From the NCBI RefSeq assembly GCF_009914755.1, contig NC_060945.1: 64,000 nt of DNA; one strand, 5' to 3'. Source of the DNA: the human T2T-CHM13v2.0 reference genome, Homo sapiens. The translations under genes and the position numbers were made by a program. The notes below the pieces were generated by a model. It saw nothing but the letters and a program-made list of their open reading frames with translations. It was not told where the DNA came from and searched no databases. This document shows, piece by piece, positions 40,146 to 52,219 of this stretch; positions within the stretch are counted from its first letter, which is position 1, and the number at the start of each line of letters is the position of its first letter.

Positions 40146-42750
40146 CAGGGAATCTGCATGTCTGAAAGTTCCTCAGATGAATCGAGTAAATACTAACACT
40201 TGTGAGCTAGCACTGACTTCTTCAAGCAGCATGCCTATCACCTGTGACAGCTCCTTCTGGGGGATGTGGTGCACACAGCACACAGCCACCTCCCCCAGGA
40301 CCACCCTTTGACCTCCTTCAGTGGTGAAACCATCCCAGCTACCAACAAGTGCAGAGGCAGCAAAACCAAAGTAAACCAGGAAGAGAAGTAGGCAAGACCA
40401 TATATGTGACTAATAACAAAGTTTCTTGCAAAATAAAAAAGCCCTGTTATTTATGTCTGCAGTGACACCCTGACCACGCAGTCAGTGAGTGAGCAGGTTT
40501 ACAAGTTCTTGAAATGAATGTAAGCAGCACTATGGTATAATTATCTTTCCAAACTGCATTTCACAACCAGAAGACTGGCCTCCACTGGGGCCATTCCCCA
40601 GGCACCATCTACCCACACCTGGGAGCAGCCCCCAGTGGGCTTCAGATAATCCGCCCGCCAACCTTTACAATCAGCTCTTCATTCTTTCCTGTGTTCCCTC
40701 ACACCACATTCCTTCAGCTGATTGTGGTATGTCTCCTTACCCTTGGCAATTAGCCCTTATAAAGAAAAAAGTTTCACCTCCTGCAAGAAGCCTTCCTAGA
40801 TTACAAGAGAGCTGGTTCCTCCCACCTCCTCACCCCAACATCCCCAGTGAACATTTGCAGATCCCTGAGTTACTGAAGCCGTGCGGGAAGAATAGAAAAA
40901 CAAAGGAGAATCTAGAAGCAAATGCCAATTTTTTTTCTCTGTTTCCTGGTGGGCTTCAGCAGACGTAGGCTGAAAATGCATAGGCAAGGTGACCTGTGGG
41001 CTTTTCCTGCTGGATTAGACAAGCACATCCCAGGGTCAGCCTATGGGACATGGACGCAACTTGGTGCAGGGAACCATACTGAGTGCAGGATGCGGACGGG
41101 AAAGGATACTCAGGCCTTGTCCAAGGGCTCGGAGGGGTGCCTCTACCCATTGTCCATGTGTCTGGGCACCTGGGTGATGGAAGATGCCCCATTCGGTCGG
41201 GGGACAGGGCTGCCTGCACTGAGCCCCCAGGAGGCTGAAGAAAGCGTTTCCCCACCCCACCCCAGGCTCTGTTTGTGGATGTGGCCAGGTGACCTCAGAG
41301 AGCCGGCTGATCTGGGTGGGTGCAAGGGGTGGTTTTATAAGTTCAGGGTTCTTGCCTCTCTCCCCTCCCCATGGTGCCACTCTGCGGGGAATTTATTGGC
41401 ATTTTGGCAAATCTCAACTTGGTTCACTGCTACCTCTTCTTCCTAAAGACTTTCCAGGACTTCTTGGAGTGTGGGGGTGTTTTCAGAAGGAATCTGAGAG
41501 CACCTCCCCACCTCCCACACACATACACTCAGCCTGCAACGGTCTCTGTCATGCCAGGTTAGAGGAACCAGGCAGGCTGAGTGACCCGGGCATGTCTCCT
41601 TGTTTTCAGGAAAACCGCACAACTCGACAGAGAGGCATTGAAGCCACTCTTTCATGAATGAGTCAGGATGACAGGTGGAGAAGGATGTCCCCAGACCCCA
41701 GGGTCCCAAGCCCTTCACAGGAGAGGTGGGAGCATCCACCAGCCCTCCCTTAAGATAAGGCCACCTGCCACTGTGGTTTGGCTTATACCACAATATAAAG
41801 TCTAAAACAGCAACTTCTCTGTGAGAAAGCCAACCAGGGGACCCAAGGCACACAAGGCAGGGGGAAGGTACCTAGAATGGACCCGCAGGCCCCCGGCTGC
41901 CTTGTGGCTCCAGAGCCCCTGAGGACAGCAGCCCGGGGATGGACTTCGGCGCACTGTCATCCTGTGACTCCCACGCTTTCCCATGGGTGCGTTCTGGACC
42001 TTGATCACAGGCTTCCTCTGTTTCCCCAGCTGTCAGCAAGAACACAGAGTGGGTGATTCTTGTCTGGACCAAGGTATGCACAAAGGCGATTACTATGGCC
42101 TCCGAGATTTGCCTACAGCTTGAACCTGCCTCGCCTAAAAGGGCACCGGTTATGGAAGTCACCCTGTGTACCTGCCAAGCCCCAGCCCCAGTCAAAAGTG
42201 CTAAGCAACCCTGGGACAAAGCCAACTCCATCTCTCCTTTCAATGCACGCCAGCCACAGTGAATCCCTCAGCCCAATGGTGTCTTCGGGAGCCCCTCTCC
42301 ATGCCCCGTTCTTCCAGCAGCTCCCTGTTGAGGAACCAAGTGTGCCCAGCCAATTTCCCCCAGCACCCACTCCCTAACAAGCACTACTCAGGCTGTCATG
42401 GTTGGAACATCAAAGAGTCACCTCCCTTTGGAACTTTTTCACTAGCATCATTATAAAACACAGATCAATGTTCAAGAAATCCTCCAACCATGAGGAAATG
42501 AAGGAATTGGGGTTCAGTGGCCAGCAATTGCCCTTCCCCCAATCCCTGAACACAGTTAAAACTTAATCAAGTGAAATGCTCAAAAATGAGGAGTATAAGC
42601 TCATTTTCCCATCTGGTTCAAGGAAGCCATTGCAATCTCTGCACATCAGTGGCGAAAATCACAGTCTATCTTCTTGCCTTAGCAAGGGCAGTAGAGTCTA
42701 TATAATTTTATCTTGCTTGTTTGAATGCGGGAGTCTGTACCTGGGGGTCA

Positions 42751-42898
42751 TTTTTTTTTTTTTCTTTTGAGACAGGGTCTCGCTCTGTCGCCAGGCTGGA
42801 GTGCAGCGGCGTGATCTCAGCTCACTGCAAGCCCGCCTCCTGGGTTCAAGCGATTCTCCTGCCTCAGCCTCCTGAGTAGCTGGGATTACAGGTGTCTG
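42751..42898 (-). mobile_element. 5'-truncated Alu (right arm), AluSc-like
   Basis: Poly-T, GTCGCCAGGCTGG; degenerate TSD CCTGGGG(G/A)TCA. Confidence 0.9.
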
Positions 42899-43156
42899 CC
42901 TGGGGATCACATTTCTATGGCAATTCCACAAGACCCCGAGATGGTGCTACAGTTGGCTGCTCCCTGGCGTTCATTGGAATGCGGCTGCATTTTCTAAATT
43001 CCTTTGTCCTCTTGTCTGACTCTCCTTTGCTTCTTTCTCCACAAAATTATTTGGCCAAAAAAAAAAAAAAAAGTTGAGTTAACTGGGGACTCTGGTTAGC
43101 TGTTCTGTAGTTGATGCAGGTATAATTATACAATACACGTGAACATTGGTCTAGAG

Positions 43157-43638
<482 letters not shown>

Positions 43639-43913
43639 GAAGGACATTGATAGGCAGCTCACGGGAGCACTGGGCAGGAGGCCGTCTGGATTCAAATACA
43701 ACAGCCCTGTGCTGTCCACGTGTGGTTGTGGGAATTCACTGAGACGACTTAGCAGGAGCCCCACACTCAGTTTCGGGCACAGTGTAGATTCTCAGGAAAG
43801 CAAGGCCGTGTTGTTCTGATGGAACCCAAGGTTTGGGGTCTAGATTAGGCCAGCTTCAGCTTCTCCATCCCCCTGGTTTCTACACTCCTTCAGGCTCTTC
43901 CTAAGTCAGGCAC

Positions 43914-44087
43914 TGTAGCAGGCTGGCTTGTGTCCTCAAAAAGGATATGTTTAAGTCCTAACCCCTAGTACCCGTGAATATGACCTTGTTTTGAAATAGG
44001 GTCTTTGCAGATGTGATCAGTTTAAAGGTCTTGAGATGAAATCATCCTGGATTGAGGGTGGGCCCTCCATCCAAAGACTGGGTGCTC
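43914..44087 (+). mobile_element. MLT1C-like LTR, 5' part only
   Basis: AAGTCCTAACCCCTAGTACC.GTGAATATGACCTTGTTTTGAAATAGGGTCTTTGCAGATGTGAT. Confidence 0.8.
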
Positions 44088-44704
44088 TTATTTTAAGTTC
44101 AAAAGTACAACCGCAGGTTTGTTATATAGGCACACTTGTGTCATGGGGGTTTGTCGTACAGATGATTTCATCACCCAGGTATTAAGCCTAAAACCCATTA
44201 GTTGTTTTTCCTGATCCTCTTTTTCCTCCCACCCTCCAAAAGGCCCCAGTGTGTGTTGTTCCCTTCCGTGTGTCCATGCGTTCTCATTATTTAGCTCCCA
44301 CTTATAAGTGAGAACATGTGGTATTCGGTTTTCTGTTTCTGTGCTAGCGTGCGAAGGATAATGGCCTCCAGCTCCATCCACGTCCCTGAAAAAGACACGA
44401 TCTCGTTCTTTTTTATGGCTGCGTAGTATTCCATGGTGTGTATACACCACATCTTCTTTATCCAGTCTACCATTGGTGGGCACTTAGGTTGATTCTGTCT
44501 TTGCTATTGTGAGTGCTGCTGCAATGAACATTCCCTTACATGTGTCTTTATAATAGAATGATTTATATTCCTTTGGGGATGTACCCAGCAATGGGATTGC
44601 TCAGTTGAACGATATTTCTGTCTTTAGGTCTTTGAGGTATCGCCACACTGTCTTCCACAATGGCTGAACTAATTTATACTCCCACCAACAGTGTAAAAGT
44701 GTTT
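44088..44704 (-). mobile_element. L1PA (about PA11-13) 3' fragment
   Basis: Antisense 3' UTR and ORF2 end; the ORF 44291-44473 (DWIKKMWCIHTMEYYAAIKKNE) is the L1 ORF2 C-terminus. Confidence 0.92.
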
Positions 44705-44907
44705 GAAAGGGGTTACATTCCTTAGCCCCATCATGAGGACCTGGTTCAGTGAGCAGAGTTGAGGGAAGGTAAAACAGGACCTAGAAATGGCCACAGCTAG
44801 AGCGCCACCCGAGCTGCCAGGACCAGGCTGGACTCTGCACACGAGGTTGTCCGGGGCAGGGCAGGGCCAGGGCATGCCTGGAGCTGCCACCACTGTAGCA
44901 CAGAACA

Positions 44908-45520
44908 CGGGGTCTTAACCTGGGTGAGGAGTCAGGAGGTCTGTGAACTTAGATAGGAAAGAAATTCCATTTTTATTTTCCCTGACTTCTAACTACATGT
45001 TGGCCTTTTCTTCCTCGCAAAGTCTTAACCTGGGTGAGGAGTCAGGAGGTGTGTGAACTTAGATAGGAAAGAAATTCCATTTTTATTTTCCCTGACTTCT
45101 AACTACATGTTGGCCTTTTCTTCCATTAGGAACACAGGCAATGAAGCACACTGTGGGGGACACACCTGTGATTGTCGAAATCACGGATATTTTCATACTG
45201 CATTGCAGCTGTTGCCAGTATCATCAGTGACTTTCATCCTTCTCTCTGCTTTGTAATTATGGTGGTTATAAGGCGGACAACTCAATCTTGTCTTAAGCTA
45301 TTAATAAAAAACATGTGCACTATCATATCACAGTTGGGAGGGCGGGGTGGGGATTGTTACATTTTGTTACATTTTGTTAGCTGTATTTCAACATACTGGT
45401 TTCCTTGGGAAGCCCATGTACTTTTTTTCATGCATTTGAAGTCTGAATTCTGAGAAAGGGTCCATAGGCTTCCCTAGGCTGCCGCAGGGGTTCATGACAC
45501 AGAACAGGGTAAGAGCCACT
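44908..45520 (+). mobile_element. Charlie4a/MER80-like DNA transposon with an internal 103-bp duplication
   Basis: GGGGTCTTAACCTGGG start; TTCTGAGAAAGGGTCCATAGGCTT...GGGGTTCATGACACAGAACAGGGTAAGAGCCACTG end. Confidence 0.75.
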
Positions 45521-45589
45521 GGCATGGACACTAGAAACCTACACCAATGCTGTTGTATCACTTTTCAGACAAGCTCTGTGCAGTCGGAA

Positions 45590-45900
45590 TTTTTTAAAGA
45601 TGCACTGTCACTTGAGGAAGACAGGTGATCTTCCTGCGGCACAAATAGAAGCAAAGAGATTTCTCTTCTTCTCTGTAGAGCAACACAATTGATAAATGGC
45701 CGATAATCTCCACCAAATTGGCAGCAGTAGGCTGCCCGAAGGCAGCAGGCATATTCGTCTTTGTGAATTGTTTTACTATGATGCTGTCACATTTCCAGGA
45801 ATAAGACGGTTAAAATGATATATTGTTGTGGTTTGGCATTTGCAGCTTTGCTCTGACTTCCCTGGTAACTGCCAACATCTGCAAATTATTATGTGCTTAA
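45590..45900. promoter_or_regulatory. Candidate PBX-HOX/MEIS enhancer
   Basis: TGATAAATGG at 45690-45699 flanked by CTGTCA at 45605-45610 and 45784-45789, in repeat-free sequence. Confidence 0.4.
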
Positions 45901-46539
45901 AAAAAAAATCAACCGCCACCGCAGGCTGCCCCCACGGTCCCTGGCTGGGCCAGGCCTCCTGCCAGGCCACAGGGCAGAGTTCTTGGACCAGGAGGCAGCA
46001 GGGTCAAAACCCAGGTTGCCTAGGAAGCCCCCAAAGACAGTTATGGATAGAGCTGGGAGCCCGAAACACATGCGGCAGTCTCTCAGTTTCCAGGTACCGG
46101 TTCTCACATCATCCATGCATGTGTTTGAGGAAAAACAAAAAAAAATTGATGGTTGCCAAAAACAAAAATGCTTCCATATCAAAGTTTATCAGTGTCAATG
46201 TCAAGAGACTTCTGGTTCGTAGACTCATTTTGGCTTGAGGCCACCAGAAGTGAACTCTGGTTTCTAAATGCAGAAGCAGAGGCACTGGCCGATCATGGAA
46301 GATGCAGGGAACTGTTCAAGAGGCCCAAGCCTGGTGCTCAGAAACTTGGCAGGATCAAGCATCTCGCCCAGGAATTCATCCCCTGCTTGTCTAAGCCGGC
46401 TGGCTCTCGTGACTGACTCGGAACAACAGAGCAGATGTTTGCGTGGGAGGCAAGCCTCACCCAACATCTGTCCTGCGGCGGGAAGGCCTGGGTGTTCACA
46501 GATAGAGCTGGAGTTCCCCGGTGGGTGGCACAGACAATT

Positions 46540-46720
46540 AGCTGGGGCTGCCTCACATGTAATCTAATTACAGGGGAAACAGGCTCAAACACCGGGTGAT
46601 AAGCAGCGCAACTGTTTCGGGTGACTCTGTAATTTTTCCTCCATTAATTTTCTCCATAACGCACATGATTGTCATAAGGGTTAATTAAAAAGAGCGTGAG
46701 TGGCCTCATGTCACATGTAG
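46540..46720. promoter_or_regulatory. Candidate paired-homeodomain enhancer module
   Basis: TAATCTAATTA (P3 site) 46560-46570, ATTAAT, TTAATTAA 46681-46688, three CACATG E-boxes. Confidence 0.4.
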
Positions 46721-48174
46721 CTGGACCAGAAAGTGTTGAGTACCTGCTCATGCGTGCAAGAGGAGGAGGGAGGAGCACATCACTGAACTTCACATGAAAT
46801 TGGATACCCGGGATTAGAGACAGTAGAGGGTTTTGGTGAAATCAGATACACATTGCAAAGCAGCACACCGCGATAATTCAATTTGGATATACTGACATGG
46901 ACTGTATAAACAAGGAGAATGGAAGGCAAAAGGGTGATTCCAGGGAGGCTTCCTGGAGGAGGTGAGCTCTTCAAAGAGGTCATGTGCACAGGTAGAGGAA
47001 AGAAATAGAAAAAAAAAAAAAAAAGAGCACTAGAGCCAAGGACAGGAAGGATCACAACCATAGGGACAAGGATCCAAAACCATGAGGTTAGAACCTGAAG
47101 ACAAGGAACCAGACTCAAGGAAAAAGTTTCCTTCAAAGATAACGGCTGATGGGTGCAAGGAGGTATCGAGGGATAGAGGATGTCCAACCCCAAGCTATAA
47201 GCAAAAGTCCAACAACTGATATCTCTTGTTTGCAACCCATCTCAAAGCCACCAAGCCTTGTGTAAACATCACCCAGAGTGGCCAAGACACCAAGTGAGCA
47301 GAGCCTGGTGACATCTAGGATTTGCACATAGCAGGCGATGAATAAACCCATGCTGTCTGACTTCGGAACTTTGACCTCAAGTTCATCACCTCTAGTATTT
47401 GTGGATGAAGTCAATGATAGAGTTAGTTCTTGCTTGTTCATGAAGCGGATGGTGCATCATTCTAAGCAATGCATAACATATCTGTTTTTAAAATGTTTTT
47501 ATATGCATCTTGGATCACATTAAAATTACTTTGCATTTTGGACCATACAACAACTGATGGGGTTGGGAGTAGGGAGTGGACACTCCAGCCCTTCCTGCAC
47601 TGAAAGAATGGATGTGCAAGCCACATGCTCTAAGAGGGTGGAGGCATCCTCTTACCTAAATACTAGACTGGCATCAGCAGCTGCAATCCCCGATCTAGTT
47701 GCCTTGCTGGCAGTATCTCAACCAATTGTTTTAATTTGAGACTTCATAATGACAATCCAAAGCTCACTTGATTATGATTATCACTGAGGAAGGCATTATT
47801 CAGAGTGTAGCAAATAGATAATATAGCTTTATCTACACAGCATCGCTCAGAGTGCAGCAAGTAAATCATATGGCCTGATCTACACACACACAAACACACA
47901 CACATGAAGTCAGGAATATCTGACAGTGCAGTTCTAGTGTCCCCAAGCCTGTGATGGGTGTGCAAGATAGCGCCGTCCTGGGTCTGGCCCGATCCACGGG
48001 CGTTTGGATTCTGGGTTGGCTCATCCCCTGGGCTTTCTCTGCTTCTGTGGATCCCACTCCAGAGAGTGCTGGCATCGCCTCTTTCTTCAGGCTCTGAAGC
48101 CTCTTTCAATTCAGAACTTGAAATTCATTGCAGAGAACCCTCAGTCGTTTTGTCTGCAATCAAGTGACGGTGAC

Positions 48175-48595
48175 TGCATTAGTCCCTGGGGCTGCCATAA
48201 CAAAGCACCACAAACGGGAGGCTTAAAACAACAGGAATTTATTCTCTCACCGTTCTGGAAACCAGAATTCTGAAATCAAGCTGTCGGCAGAGTTGGTTCT
48301 CTCGAAGGACTGGGAGGGAGAATCTGTTCCCTGCCTTGCCTTTAGATTCCGCTGCTTCCAGCAGTCCGTGGCTGTCACATGGCCTTCTCCCTCTGGAGTG
48401 TGTCTCTGTGTCTGTCCTCCTCTTCTTGTGATATCACGAGTCATATTGGAATAAGGGCCCACCAGACACCAGTATGATTTCATCTCAGCTAACTGCACTG
48501 GCAGTGACCTTATTTCCAAATAAAGCCAAATGCTGAAGCAGCAGGGGTTAGGACTTCAATGTGTCTCTCGCAGGGACACAATTGAACCCACAGCA
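48175..48595 (-). mobile_element. MaLR LTR, MLT1C-like
   Basis: GGGCTGCCATAACAAAGCACCACAAAC...GGCTTAAAACAACAG...ACCTTATTTCCAAATAA...GGACACAATTGAACCCACAGCA. Confidence 0.88.
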
Positions 48596-48880
48596 GTCAA
48601 ATACATAGTCCTTATTAACCATACATGTAGGTCTGCTTTCTGCTGTGTCTAACAGATGCGCTTTTCTGTCCGAGGTTGAAAATTAAGGCAGCTTCCTCCC
48701 TGCCAGGGTACCCCCTGCACAGGCCCCTGCCACAGCTGGTGGTTACTAGAAGTCTTTCATACTCTTCAGTCCTGTGACAATAATTTCGTGTTTCCATGCA
48801 CCCATATACAGACCCTAGCGCTTTTGGCAGGAAGAGAAGAATTTCTAAGTTGAGGCTGTTTAAAAGCGTCTCCCCAGTGA

Positions 48881-49059
48881 AGGGTCACCAGATTTAGCAA
48901 ATAAAAATACAGGACACCTAGTTAAATTTGGATTTCAGATAAACAATGAATAATTCTTCAGGATAAGCATGTCCCATGCAATATTTGGAACACATTTACA
49001 CTATAAAAATTACGAAAGTTCATGTTGCTGGGTGTCCTGTATTTCATCTGGCAAGCCTA
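48881..49059. mobile_element. MER53 palindromic MITE
   Basis: AGGGTCACCAGATTTAGCAAATAAAAATACAGGACACCTAG...GGGTGTCCTGTATTTCATCTGGCAAGCCT inverted termini. Confidence 0.85.
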
Positions 49060-49200
49060 CACTGCCGGCACCAGAAAGTCCTTGAAGTGAGTCTCCTGAT
49101 CCTTCTCCACCCCCACCCTCAGTCCTGGCTCCATCTGCCCTAGAGGCTGAGGGCTTTCTATGTAACCCCCATGGAGACAGGGCATTATAAGATGCAAGGA

Positions 49201-50089
49201 TGTGAATGGAAAAAAATCACAAGATCTATACATCTGGAAAGGGGATCTTTATTTCTTCTAAAGGATTACAGCCTGCAGGGTGGCCATTCTGACAGGCCGG
49301 GAGACGCAGCCTCTGGCAGAAACAGCTGGCAGGCACCTGGAAGGAGGTGGTGTTGCAGCAGGAGCCTCATGCTGAATTGAGCTGGCCAAACATACATATT
49401 CAGGTTCCAGGAGGAGCTATGAATATTCACAAAGAGAGTCCTGAGCCGTGCCCACTGAACATGCACGTTACATGCGTCCCATGTTCACTTTGGGGTGGAG
49501 GCTTCACATTTAAAAGCATTACAATGAGTCCCTACACGTCAAAAGGTGAGGCAGGGACTCGAAGGCATACAAGTGTGCAGCTTCTATAATCAGCCTGAAC
49601 CAGGTCTATGGTTGGTGGTCTCTTACCAGGAGACTGAAATCAGCCTCTTGTCCAATCAAAGCTATAGTCACAGCTGTGGAACGGGGTCAGCCAGCGTCTG
49701 CAGGTGGATGAGCTGCAGTCGTTTGAATCTCGGGGCCGGTGCGTGTTTAGCTGCTGAAGAAAAAGAAGACGCTGTGGTGTGAGAGCAGAGTCCGTTCTCT
49801 AAGTGTAGAGTGCGCGGCTCGACCCTTACCTGGCGTGGCCTGAGGTGCTGCTTATAATTTGGTGTCTTATTGCCATAAGGAGTCTGTGCTGTCGGTCTCG
49901 TGTCTCTATTTTAGCATGACAGCCGATCATCGTCGTTTAAACCACAAAGGGGAGGGACTGTGATGAAGCGTGTCCGATCGCCCGTCCCCTCATGGCTGGG
50001 AGCTCAGCTTTCAGGTTTCTCTGGGGTCCCCTTGGCCAAGAGGGGGTCTGTTCAGTCACTTGGGGACTTCGGATTTTATTTTAGTTCTG
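49201..50089 (-). mobile_element. ERV1 solo LTR, MER49-like (MER4 group)
   Basis: About 890 bp; ends GGTTTCTCTGGGGTCCCCTTGGCCAAGAGGGGGTCTGTTCAGTC...GGATTTTATTTTAGTTCT, the antisense MER4-group 5' end. Confidence 0.75.
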
Positions 50090-51863
50090 AAAGAGTAGCA
50101 AATGGGGACCAACATGGAATTTGAAATGTATAGGAGGTAATTCCCAAAGTAAACCGCTCCGTGGACGTGATTCAGATCTGACTCCATGACAGTGCTGTCC
50201 CCTTCCCTGCCACCGTACTCCTCAAGGAGCTGGACGCGTCCTCGCAGGAGTGAGAGCTGCCTCGTCCACACCCACAAAGAAAGAACTCCACTCACATATT
50301 TCCCTGCAAATAAAGGGGCTCTGTATGTAATTAACTGACAAAAACGCGGGTGGAATTGCAGGTTTGGAAATAAAGTATAAGGCTCTATAACTCAGCCTGG
50401 CTCCGCACACACAAGCCGTCAACTGACACCTGAGCTGGACTGAAGCGGGAAGGGGGCTGGCCCCTGGTCAACACACACTGAACCCAGCGGCCAGTACACA
50501 TCCTGTTCAGCTGACATGGGCTCTGCAGAGAATTCCAGCTCCCTCTATTCCCCACCCCTCACACAGAAACCTCTTATCCAGTTTGAGAGAGGTGTGTGCA
50601 TGCATGTATGCACGTGCGTGTGCAGGCTTGTGTGCGTGCCTAATGAAAAGCAGCTTGTTCAGAGTTAGTCAAAGGCTTTGGGAATGAAACGCGGCTTTGA
50701 GCCCTTCCACAGCAGCTTTGAGGGGAGGCGTGTGTTGGTCAGAGCATGAAACCAGACGCCTGGAACACCGCCCAGCCAAACCCACCCGCAGCTCTGATGC
50801 AGGAGCTCGCACAGAGCATGACACGTTTCTCTGGGTTTGTTTTTTCTTTATCTACAAAGAAGTAGAAGGAGAAGGGAAAAGGATAGGAGTCCTAAAAGGC
50901 TTATTACTGCCCACGAGGGTCACTGGAATTGACTCAAGTCAGTGAAAGGCTTTGAAGATTAACGGGCCCATATAAATGTTAATTTGTTATGAGGTTTCTG
51001 CTAGGACGTTAAACAGAGCAGGGAAGACTTGCCTATAAAACACAGCATGCAGTCCTTGGTTATAATTAATGCCTATAAAGGTCTCTATATTGGATTCAGT
51101 CGAGGGCCTGGCAGGAGGGCAGTAAGGAGCCATTCCAGCTCCTTTTAGAGGCGAAAGTGGGGCTGTGGACGAATAGGTTCCTCAGAACAGTCACTGCCTG
51201 GGAAGCAAAACCACGGAATGAAAAGCTAGGGACAGTCCCCTAACGTGGGGGTGGGGCAATCAAAGGGAGCCGCCTTTGAAGAGCCCTGAGTCCCTTGAGG
51301 GGAAGGCGGCAACAAAGCGCCGCTTGTCCACCATCACCTGCAGCATGCTTTCCTTAATGAGGACGAGACCCAGGTGGCTCGGTCACTGCAGCTCCCTGGA
51401 AGGGACCCTCAGGCCCCCAAACTGGCAAGTCCCCACCTTCCCGCAGACTCAGGATGCTTCTTGTGGGAAAGCACACCCACACTTACAGTGACAGCAGTCA
51501 CGCTGACCTCAAAAATCCTCCAGGAAAATCAAAATGACACCAATTCACAGGATGTTCCCCAAAGTCCTAGTTTCACAAACTGGAAAACAGCGCAACCCAG
51601 CTGTGGTCCAGAGGTCCTGGTGACCTGGCAGCGACAGAATCTTCTCAGGCTGCCTCTGTGCTGCCCTTCTGTGCTGGGATGCACCTGTTGGGGAAAGCTG
51701 GGGTTAGGAAACCCAGTGGGTGAACAGGGAGAACTCAAGAACCAGCGAAGAAAAGCAACAACAGGCATATTCACATTTTAAAATGCTTCAGGTGCAGTTT
51801 ACATACTCTGTAAAGGTTGGTAAAAGTTACACAAATTATGCAAATATCATGTGGCTCACCTAC

Positions 51864-52219
51864 TGTCATGGACAATATTGTGCACCCCACAAAATTAATA
51901 TGTTGAAGCCGAACTCCCAGTCAGGGGTGACTGTATTTGGAAGCAGGGCCTTTAAAGAGGCGATTAAGTTAAGATGAGGCCGTTTGGTGGGCCTTAATCC
52001 AATCTGACTGGTGTCCTTATAGAAAGATACAGAGACCCCAGGATGCATACAGGAGGGGCCTCTGCAAGCTGAGGAGGGGACTCAGGAGAAAGCAAACCCA
52101 CGGGTGCTTTGACCTTGAACTTGTGACGTTGAGCTTCCAGAACTCTGAAAAATAAACTCCTGCTGTTTAAACCCCCAGTCTGTGGTCCTCTGCCATGACA
52201 GTCCCAACAAACCAATACA
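51864..52219 (+). mobile_element. MaLR LTR, MLT1A/B-like
   Basis: GTGACTGTATTTGGAAGCAGGGCCTTTAAAGAGGCGATTAAGTTAAGATGAGG...CCTTAATCCAATCTGACTGGTGTCCTTAT. Confidence 0.88.

Noticed and set aside
40922-41853. Overlapping 100-184 aa ORFs in GC-rich unique DNA (also 31568-32077, 45828-46238, 61191-61745)
   Set aside because: Open on several frames and both strands with no family resemblance; expected by chance at this GC content
44088-44483. ORFs with L1 ORF2 C-terminal similarity (also 39304-39537 and 59428-59730)
   Set aside because: Fragments of truncated, inactive L1 copies
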